A stretch of DNA of 63,145 bases, filler included, from Octopus bimaculoides (Eukaryota): the NCBI RefSeq assembly GCF_001194135.2. It is 4 parts of 3 records of this genome, joined end to end, with 100 filler letters (N's around TTAATTAATTAA, not from the genome) between each part and the next. Parts side by side here need not be neighbours in the genome. Positions count along the whole stretch, not along the records: positions 24,415 to 54,903 come from NC_068998.1; 3 more parts are not named here. One strand, written 5' to 3'. The notes under the pieces were generated by a model. It ran no database searches, was not told the DNA's origin, and saw only the letters and a program-made list of their open reading frames with translations. Of this stretch, positions 41,501 through 52,966 are shown piece by piece (position 1 is the first letter of the stretch; every line of letters starts with the position of its first letter). Position numbers and translations under genes: made by a program.

Positions 41501-44045
41501 AATCCCCACCATTTTTGTAAATTGCCTTTGTAATGTCTCCTTATTTGTCCCCTTTGAAATGAATAAAAGAATTCATTATTAGGATTCTTAAGTTAATATC
41601 TAAGAATTTCTTACATAAAGTATCATTTTAATGATTCAGTGCAAAAATTTAATTTTTTATTATTTAAGTTACATTTTCAAGAAAGCATTTCATATTTTTA
41701 AGCAATTTTTTTAAAAATACGTTATTAACCTTTTAGCATTTATGTTATTTTGTCAAATGTAATGCTTATTTATTCACCTTGTTTCATGCATTATTTTGTA
41801 ACTTTGAGAATTTGATGAGGTAATTGTAAATTTTTAGAATGATAATGTAGGGTTGGTGTGAGAGGCCAGACCTGACTAGTTTGATGATAAAGAAGGTAAA
41901 ATATTTTGGCCAGATATAACCAGTTTAAATCCTAAAGGGTTAAATGACCCCCCACTGCTACTCTGCCCCAGTTCCTCTTTCTAAGACATTTTGGTCTGTT
42001 TTTCATTATGTTCAGACTAATTTTCAGTCCCATGAGAAGTGTGACTTTGTATGGCAGTGACATGTGAGTTGAGTGATGTACATTGCAGGGTACTGAAGGG
42101 AAATTAACTGAGCGGAATCTACTAGATGCTCATTGTTACATTAGAAAAAAGGCTGAAAGTGTGTGTGTTTGAAGTGTCATACACATGAAACACATTGACT
42201 GATGTATAGAGTGAGGATTACCGTGCCTACATCAAAGGCAGGTTAACTAGCAAGTTAGTTTTTGTTTGTGGCAGATGTTCAGGTGCAATAAAGACTGCAA
42301 ACAAACAGGAAACAACTTCTATCTCATTCCAGGGTGAAAAACTAGAGGTAGTCGATAGCTTCCGCTATCTGGGCGACCAAGTTAGTAGTGGGGGTGGGTG
42401 CGCTGAAAGTGTAGCTGCTAGAATAAGAATAGCCTGGGCAAAGTTTAGAGAGCTCTTACCCCTGCTGGCAACAAAGGGACTCTCACTCAGAGTAAAAGGC
42501 AGACTGTATGACGCATGCGTACGAACAACCATGCTACATGGCAGTGAAACATGGGCTGTAACTGCTGAGGACGTACNNNNNNNNNNNNNNNNNNNNNNNN
42601 NNNNNNNNNNNNNNNNNNNNNNNNNNNNNNNNNNNNNNNNNNNNNNNNNNNNNNNNNNNNNNNNNNNNNNNNNNNNNNNNNNNNNNNNNNNNNNNNNNNN
42701 NNNNNNNNNNNNNNNNNNNNNNNNNNNNNNNNNNNNNNNNNNNNNNNNNNNNNNNNNNNNNNNNNNNNNNNNNNNNNNNNNNNNNNNNNNNNNNNNNNNN
42801 NNNNNNNNNNNNNNNNNNNNNNNNNNNNNNNNNNNNNNNNNNNNNNNNNNNNNNNNNNNNNNNNNNNNNNNNNNNNNNNNNNNNNNNNNNNNNNNNNNNN
42901 NNNNNNNNNNNNNNNNNNNNNNNNNNNNNNNNNNNNNNNNNNNNNNNNNNNNNNNNNNNNNNNNNNNNNNNNNNNNNNNNNNNNNNNNNNNNNNNNNNNN
43001 NNNNNNNNNNNNNNNNNNNNNNNNNNNNNNNNNNNNNNNNNNNNNNNNNNNNNNNNNNNNNNNNNNNNNNNNNNNNNNNNNNNNNNNNNNNNNNNNNNNN
43101 NNNNNNNNNNNNNNNNNNNNNNNNNNNNNNNNNNNNNNNNNNNNNNNNNNNNNNNNNNNNNNNNNNNNNNNNNNNNNNNNNNNNNNNNNNNNNNNNNNNN
43201 NNNNNNNNNNNNNNNNNNNNNNNNNNNNNNNNNNNNNNNNNNNNNNNNNNNNNNNNNNNNNNNNNNNNNNNNNNNNNNNNNNNNNNNNNNNNNNNNNNNN
43301 NNNNNNNNNNNNNGGCACATAAAAGACACCATTTCGAGCGTGGCCGTTTTCGTGCGGGTGACACGTAAAAGCACCCACTACACTCTCTGAGTGGTTGGCG
43401 TTAGGAAGGGCATCCAGCTGTAGAAACTCTGCCAAATCAGACTGGAGCCTGGTGTTGCCATCCGGTTTCACCAGTCCTCAGTCAAATCGTCCAACCCATG
43501 CTAGCATGGAAAGCGGACGTTAAACGATGATGATGATGATGATGATTGTAGATGGTACGTTCTAGATGAAGAAGTTTTTAGGTTTACTGTGATCAAACAA
43601 ACTTATGATCAAAAATAGACACTCTAGCCATGATCATGTTATGTTTTAATGGTGTGTCTAGGACTACATTAGTTTAATTTTTCCTTTCATTATTTAAGAC
43701 ATGTTTTGAAGGAGATTTGGCTGTCATTTCTAGCAGGTTACATGACTGTGCAGAGGCTCCCTTGTTGTCTCATGGCTGAAGAAGTAGTATGATGAGAGAT
43801 AAAAGTGAGATAGATCAAAGGACGCTTTGGATGGAGTTCTTAAGCTAAACCAATGCTCACTAAACTTCACAGATGACATAGTAATGCAGAATATACAGTC
43901 AGGTTTTTATTGTGAACCTAATACATCCAATCCAATTTAGAAAAACCCAGCATCTATGATAGATTATACAGGTACTTGAGCTGTGAGAAAAAGCAGCAGA
44001 CAAATTTTCCTCAAATCCCATCCTACAGTCTTACAAAAGAGAAGC

Positions 44046-44076
<31 letters not shown>

Positions 44077-47000
44077 ATACCCAATGTTTGAAAAGAACCA
44101 GATAGGATGGACCTGTCTGGAACGCCTTTGCTGAACATGGGCTAAACAGCAACTACATCAATCTTCCATAGAAAAATGGATATTAAACAATGGTAGTGAT
44201 GCTGACACCAACGGCGACAGCAGTGACATGGCGATGTTGATGATGAGGATGACAGTAAAGATACTGTTTCAATATCTCTATTTAATTTAAGGCAGTAAGC
44301 TGGCAGAATCATTAACACACTGGGGAAAATGCTTAGCAGCCTTTCATCCATCTGCACATTCTGAGTTCAGATTCTGCCAAGGTTGACTTTGCCTTTCATC
44401 CTTCTGGGCTCAATAAAATAAGTGCCAGTTGAACACGGGGAGGGGGGGGGCGTATAATCAACTTTCCCCCGCCCTTGAAATTTCTGGCATTGTGCCAAAA
44501 TTTGAATTCAATATCTCTATTTATTTCTCATTGTTTATCTATTCTCTCCCTAGGGTGAGTTACTCATTAGGATCTGGCAGTGATATGGCAACATTTTACC
44601 AGCGTGCTGGTGTCCCAAGCATGGACTTTTTTTATACATATGATACAGTAAGTATACTGTCAGTTTCTTTTTTCTTTTATTGTATTTGTTTGTTAAAGGA
44701 AGAGTAGAGCCCATAGACTTTGTTTCTTGTAAGCTTGTCGCCTAAACACAAGAACTGGCATGATGGCTGAATAAATAATAATCTTATAGTTACAGAAACG
44801 TAAGTTCATTAGATATTGAGGAACAAGCTTCTGTGTTAATACTTTTAAGACCAACAGCAGTTTGAACATAGGAAATTGTCTTCAAGTAGCGATCAAAAGG
44901 AAGTTACTAACTACTTGGCTTACCCAGTGACAAATATTCAAATTCTTCAAGTTTTATAAAGAGTGAAGATGGAGTGGGGTATGCAATCTGCCCTTGAATT
45001 TGGTGGAAGGTGAATGAGAATAACCAAACACACAACTCTGTAGAAATGAAGCAATTGTCTGGTTTCTAATTGATTTTTTAAAATATATTCCACTGTACAG
45101 GATTCAATATCTTTCGTAGAGTGTATGTCTTAGGCAAAGAATGCTATACTATCTCCTCGGGCATGCTTCACTATCTCCTCAGGTTTCTTTATTGAAAGAA
45201 AAGAGATATCTCTGTTTATATGTATACAGTTATGGATGCAACATTACTGAATGGTTAAGATGTTCACTTAGTAATTGCAAGGTATTGGAAATATGTGGCA
45301 ATCTGTTGAACAGATTATATCTGTAATTTAACAATGAACCTTTGTTACATTGTGTTACACTGATTCCACCAGGGAATTACATTAAGTACATATGTCTGTG
45401 GAATGTTCAGTTAATGATATGTTATCCAGTGAGCAGAGAGGTTAGTTTCTGAAAACTTATCAAAAATCAGCAAAACAATTTTGATGTGTATAAACCAGTT
45501 GCACCGTTCTGCCTAACTTCAGTATCAGATTTCTGGTAATTTTTAATTCAGTATGTAGTAATTAGAGAAAATGTTCTTCATATTCTGCATTGAGGACAAA
45601 ACACTTCAACTGAGGTATTTCCCTCAAAGATATTGGCTAAAACTGAGAAATGCAGGTACAGAAATTGAAACTTTTGATATAGACTATACTCTACTGCATC
45701 ACATTGCTAACCACTTCACTTGACTAATATTTGTTTCACAAAATAGTTCACTACAAAAACTGGAATTATTGTCTATTATGTAGGCAAGCTGGCAGAATCA
45801 TTATCAAGCTGGGTGAAATGCTTAGCAGTATATTGTCCCCCTTTATGTTCTGAGTTTAAATTCCACCTACACTGACTTTGCCTTTCATCCTTTTGGGGTT
45901 GTTAGATAGGTACCAGTTATGTACTGAGGTTGGTGTAACTGACTTTACTACTCCTGAATAAAAGTATAAAAGAAATTTGCACCCCTCTGCAAAGCCATGT
46001 CAAGCCAATGTGGCAGAGTTGGCTCATCAAACTAGTATGATCTCTAGCTCAAATTCACAGCCTCCACATGAGACTTTGGTTGGTGGAGAGAGCATACTGG
46101 GGCCTTCGTCCAATCAATCTAATATATTCTAGTATAAAACAAGCTACTCTGCCTACCTTTGTATTCCTTACATTGTAGGCAAGTTCCATACACACCCCCT
46201 CCAATCTAGTTCAAGCAATTTCTACAAATATCTGAATTTACAGACCTATCCAATCATATGCTAGCATATAACATTTAATCAAGTAAACAAGGCATAATTT
46301 TAAAAAATGATTGTAAGTAAAATCTGGGTAGTTTACTTCAGTCGTTTTCTCAATTTTTGATGCCTACCCATCATGTACAAATATACTGATTCACTTATTA
46401 CTTACCTAGAAAGATCTTATGATTCACTAAAGAAGCCTAATAAGACAGGAACATGTTTGGAGCTGTCACCCATACTTACAAAACCGAGATAAAAATATTT
46501 GTCATTCAGTTTATGTTTTATTTTATGTTCTGTATAAGTATTAATTAATTAGATTATTTTTCTCTTGCTACATTCAAGTATGATGACACTAAAACTTCAC
46601 TGTTATTTTTCAGCTAGATGGTATCTCTAGTAACTTCCCCTGGTCATAAACATCAACCTATTTGTTCAGAAGTATGGGTGTGAGTGGATTGTATGTTTTG
46701 TCTGTGTGTGTGTGTATTTTATAGTGTGACCATCTTTTAGTGGTCAGTCTGCCTGATTACATGTGTCAGGTTCTTTGCAATCTTAGAGCTTGACTGTTTT
46801 CCTGTCCATCTAACCACCCAGCCAGTATTAGGTCTGCCTATTCTACCTACTAATCTACAGATCTGTTTTCATGTAGCATTTTTTTCTCTTGTTCACCTAC
46901 CAGCCACTATGTTTTTTATTCTGGAAGTTGGGGTAATCTATCCTGTACTTTCACCAAATTTACCTGACAATATTGTTGCATGTTTCACTGAGATTTTGCT

Positions 47001-47464
47001 TTCTCTGCCAGCTCATTCATTTGGACTCTATTTACTCTCTTTCTAGGAAAAGTGGAAAACATTGTCTTACCCTTCGTACCACACTGCCTATGACACATTT
47101 TATTATTACGCTAAATTCGTAGACCCCAGCTTCAATTATACACTTGCTATCTCACAGTTGTGGTCAATACTAGCCTGGTAAGTGAACCTTCTTATTGATC
47201 AGTTTGGGCCAAGTGACTTGCTTTTACTTCATATGTAAAACCAAAAACAGTTTTTAAAAAGAAATACGCTGACATGTTTGTGTAATTATGAAAGCTGCTC
47301 TGCAACATCACAATTTCTGGTTTCATTTCATTGCACAGCAGGTACGGAAAATGCCTTCAACTACATCCTTAGGTTGAGCAATATGTTGTAAGTAGAATTT
47401 GATAAAGAGAAACTATGAAGAAGCCCTTTCCACCCATATCTCTCTCTCTCTCTCTCTCTCTTTC

Positions 47465-47496
<32 letters not shown>

Positions 47497-50249
47497 CGAG
47501 GGGGTGCTGAAAAGTTCTTGGCTTTCAATAAAAGAAAATACAGGAGGATCAGTTAATTATGACTTTATTCAACACATCCTCCTCACAGATTCACACACTT
47601 ATTGCAGCGGTCATTTAATTTTTCTAAGCCCTGTAAAAGAACTTGGAAGGTTGGGTCTCCAGCCAAGCCTTTCGCAATACTCTTAATGCCAGGAACTTTT
47701 CCAGACTCCATTTTACATACATACATACATACATACATGCATGCATGCATACATACATACATACATACATACATACACACACACATACATACATACATAC
47801 ATACACACACACATACATACATACATACATACATACATACATGCATGCATACCTATATGTGTGTGTGATATATGTATGTATGTATGTCCACTGAACCATA
47901 GATTCTACTACATAAGGTGCACAAGAGATCATGCTGGATATCACACTGGTAGACAGGGACACCTCCATGTCTACCAGTGTGGTTACTTTTGAGTAACAAA
48001 CTCAATCACATTTGGTCACATGAAAGAGACATGACAATGTTGGTCCCAGCTGGAGAGTTGACCTGTAATTGGTGTGGAATAACTTGTTTAAGTCCTTCTC
48101 AGCTTTTGGAGCCCTCTGAGATGGCATCAGCGAAAGGGGAGACCAAATATGAGGAGTTTCTTTGAGTGAAATGGATTTAGGAAATGGTCTTACTTGGTCA
48201 CACGTCAACGTCCATCATGTATATTTGTAAGACGTTTTATTTATGTTGTTACATTTTATGACACATAGAGCAGCAGTTTGACAGAGATTGATAAAATCCA
48301 CAGTGGATTTAATGTGGTCTTTTACAACTCTTAAAGGTGGTGCTTCAGTAAAGCTTATACTCCAGTGACTGAAACCAGGAGAAAAGTAATGGGGTTAGAT
48401 TGTCTCAAAGAGAAAAGGCATATTTCTTCATGCCAGGGAGGAGCGAAGGGATCTTGACTTCATATGACATTTTCCTCTTCAACAAACATTTCTCCTTGTT
48501 TCAGTTTTTTTTCCAGTACAAAATTTTTTTTTTAGTTTTTACTTAAGATTTTCTCTGCAAAAACTATTGTTAACCATTAATTTATGAATTTTTATAATAA
48601 CCAATATTCTATATGTAGATATGGTGACAGAACTGATGTCTCATAAACTGATAGTTATAATCTAGTGTTTCGCTACTTATTTCCTCCCAGGCCCCACTAT
48701 AACTTTCCAGAAAAATGTATGCCACACCGTGGCTGGAAAAACAACTTCATTTTTTTTGTTTGATTTTTGATACAAAAGAACCTACGAGTAATTTTTTTAT
48801 TAAGTACTGAGTACAAAAGAGTACATTATTGATCAAGGAAAAAAAAGTGAATCACTCTAATGAGAACCTTGTGCCTGGTGACTACGGCAGATTTCCTTGA
48901 TTTGATGGGGACAATTTTGTTGGCTCCAGCCATAAATCACCCCATTTTGTAATTTCAAGTCTGCTTCTTTTGGCTCGAACCAAATCATCAACAGCTCTAA
49001 AGCCACACTCAACGAAATAAGACTTGGGGGAACGAATGAAAAACTCCTTTGCTGAAATGTCAGTGTTAGGGTATTTCCTTTCAACTTCATCACGTAATCA
49101 CAGTTTCGTGCCTTTCATTTTGATCAACGTATTCACTGTTTCATCATGTTACACTATTTTCTTGGAACTGCATTGAAAGTTCAGGGATATCTATCAGCAG
49201 TGATTGAGTCAACCAACAGGCTGTGAAAAAAAGATTTTCACAATTTCATTAAACGTAAAAAAAAAAAAAAGAAAAGAAATTTTTTTCCCCCGCGTCCCAC
49301 CTCAATTTTCCTAGGAGTCAAGTTGGAAATTATTTCCAAAATCAATCGTAAATGATAAAAAAAAAACTTTGATTTTAAGGGAAGCAACTCTGTATAAAAA
49401 TTGTTTGGTTATCTCCCTTGGAGAAAATTTTAAATTTAGCATTATACCATCGAGAATCTCTCAGAGCAGAATTCCTTCCCCTAAATAAATGATTTTGGAA
49501 ATTTTCATTTATCAACTCTAGATAATAATTCTTGCACAAGTTCAGTAATTTTAGTGGGACAATAACCAATATAGAAGAGGTTGATTATAACCCTGTCCTT
49601 GACTTTATTTCATCAATCCTGAGTAGACGAAAGGAAAAGTTGACAAAGGTTTGAAATCAAAATGTAAAGCATTTTCTCTGACGAACTAATGATTCTGCCG
49701 AATTGCTGCCATTTTAAAGTCTGTTTTCTATGCTGGCATGGATTGGACGATTCAGGGGACTGCACCAAGCTCTACTCTCAACTTTAGTGTGGTTTCTACA
49801 GCTGGATGCCTTTCCTAAGCCAACCACTTAACAGAATGTACTGGGTACTTTGTACATGACGCTAGCAGCAGTGAGGGTACCAAGTAACTTGCAAGACAGA
49901 GAAGGGATAGTGTTGAGGGACAGAAATAGATGTCTAGAGGGAAAATATGGTTACCAACAAAGGTAATAGCTCTCTAAACTTTGCCCAGCTAGTTCTTATT
50001 CTAGCAGCTATGCTTTGCTGAGAGCCACCAAATGCTGCCCATTACTTCCTGACCAAAGGAAGGCATATGATCTTCACATTACATGGAACTTTTAGCTGAG
50101 AAAAAAATATACACAGTAGATCATATCAGGGTCCCTGGGGAGGGTATGTAACCTTACTTGCTTAGAAAGCCCTCAGTGTTTACACTCTACACCCATGAAC
50201 TTTCAAAACAGTATTTTTTAACATACTTTTCTCCGTTTTTGTTTCGAGC

Positions 50250-50289
<40 letters not shown>

Positions 50290-51262
50290 TGCACACAATG
50301 TTTAATCAAATGTACAAAAATCACATACTCTGAGAGAATTCAAAGGTGTAGCATAATCCAAGGGTAGGGTAATCGAATGTAAAGAAATCTAAGAATTAGG
50401 TATTCCAAATCATCATCAGAAGGATGTAGAAGATTTCAGCCATGTAACCACACTTATGCTATTCTCCGATTATTCTTTTCTTTCTTCCTGGACCTTTATT
50501 CATTCCTCTTTCTGTTGAAGAGCCATGCTCAGAACATCAGACCCCACTGTTTTTCTCATCTTCACTGAGTTTCAACCTAATACATTCACTGTGTCTATCT
50601 TTTTGACTTTTGTTGGTTTTGTTTTTGATTTGCCTGTAGATATATATATAAGTTCAAAAAAAGACAAAAAACAATAACAAAAAGCAACAATGTGAGGACG
50701 TGATACGGATAGTGTTACTAGACGCTCGGGAAAGGAAAGAGGTGCATGTATATATATGTATGTATGTATGTGTGTGTGTGTATATATATATATGTGTGTG
50801 TGTATATATATGTGTGTGTATATATATATATGTGTGTGTGTGTGTATGTATATATATATATATACATATACATATAGCAGAGTAAAATATAAATATAAAA
50901 TTGCAATGGATTGCTAAATCTTGTACCTCTCCATTGTATAAGGTATACTCGCTACGAACTGTTATTATTCTACATAAATCAGTCTCTGAAATGTTTTGCA
51001 AATATTTTATAAACCCATTTCCAAAGATATCTTTATCTTAATTTATTCTTTAATTAGCATTTGATATACATATCTTGACTTATCCTTATTTTTTATCTCT
51101 GTTATACCTTTTATATCATTTGCAATCAAATATTTTATTTTGTAAAATCTTTATGAAAAAATTTTATTATAAAGATTTACATTCTTTTCACCTAACTTGG
51201 AGCTGTGCATACTATACTGAACTGGCTTGGTGCCTCACTTTAACTACCTAATTCAATTGAAT

Positions 51263-51304
<42 letters not shown>

Positions 51305-52923
51305 TAAATATTTATGATGTACTATTCCATGATCAGCAAGAAAAATACTCAACGTTTTCTATATGCTTCCTTCTCAACCTTTAGCATTTCTTCTCTCATT
51401 TAATTTTTAGTTCATTATAACATGTGATTTGTGCTTGATAAATATGCTTGAGGTATTTCTCAACATATGAAACTATTAGTAGCACATAAAAACATGTATT
51501 GTGTCCATTAGATAGTGTGTGTGTGTGTTCGTGTTAGCAGATAGATTGATCACTGTTGCTGATAAAATGTTTTTACTATTTTGCAGTTACCTGGCTGAAG
51601 ACAAAATTTTAGAATTTGATCTCCGGCGATATTCCAACATCATTGCAGTGTCTGTGTATGACTTATGTAAAAAGCATGATCACATTTTCTCAAACCGTTC
51701 AGTCAATATTGGTTAGTTACTTCTTTATTTTCATTTTCCAATTTCTTTTATCTCAAGGTCTGAAGGAAAGGACAGTATGCTCTTGGCTTTCTCAGGCCTT
51801 TCACAATTTATACAAGTGATACCATTTTTTGATTGATATAAGGTTGCTTTTGAACCATTTAAGGACAATACATGTGGAAAAGAGATGAACAAAGAGGGAG
51901 TTTCAAAGGGCTGATATTCTAGAAAGGAAGGACTGGGTGTAGTGATTAGTGGGTCTTGGTATTGTTGAGTACAACAAACGTGATGAGTGGAAGAGAGGCA
52001 AATGAATTGAGAACACCTGACTGTGATATGAACCCAGCCAGCTCTGTCAAACAAAGGATGTGATAGAAGCAGTAGAAAAGGCAAACAGAGGAGACAATGC
52101 ACCTGTGGGTCAGAGGATGAGATGTGTCTGTGACTTTATGCCAGTTAGTCAGGTAGTCTTTTGTTGATGCAGTCCAGGATGTCTGTTTGTGTAGCAACAG
52201 TGTCTTCTCAGGTGGGAGAGCAATAATCCATTATTGACCATACCTGTGCTTTGTCCAACTATCAAGTACTCTGTTTCTATCTGTACTCTTCTTGACCTTA
52301 TGATCAACTTCAACCAAATAAATTGCACCTTAACTGTTGGAAATTTGAGCCATAATCTCTCCATAAAAAGAAGAAAATTGTCAAACTCCTCACTGTACAA
52401 CTTGGTATCTTGGGTGCCTTTAACAGAATCCACTCTGTTGCAAGTATATGGATCAAGTTTCCAGGTTAAAGAAGGATACCTTCCTCCCTACCTTCCATCT
52501 GTCTTGCAGGGAAAGTCAAAGCTGCCTCTTCTACTGACTAAAAGAGTGGGGGGAAATATTAATATATAATATTATTTTATAGCAATGTCTGTACGTATAT
52601 GACACAAACATATACATATGTCTCTTTGAATACTCCATAGAAATAGGTCATAGCTTCTGTTGCCTAGACAACCTAATGGACTATGGAGAAGGCTGCTCTA
52701 AAAGTTTAGCAGTCAAGAAAAGAACAAAGTGGGATAAGTTCAGGGCACGATTACCTCTACTGTGAACAGTGGAGCACATTTCATTTATCAAATCTACAAT
52801 AAATGAAAAGTCAACATAGATTTTGTTTGTTATTTCATGACAAAAATGACTTTCTTATAATGTAATTATTTTGCCTTCAACACATGGTCTCAGAACAATG
52901 AATACACACACACACACACGCAT

Positions 52924-52966
<43 letters not shown>

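Noticed and set aside
46614-46680. Exon-like segment after a pyrimidine tract and CAG
   Set aside because: The frames tested either stop early or lack M28B similarity, and the flanking exons (44647 and 47047) already join in frame.
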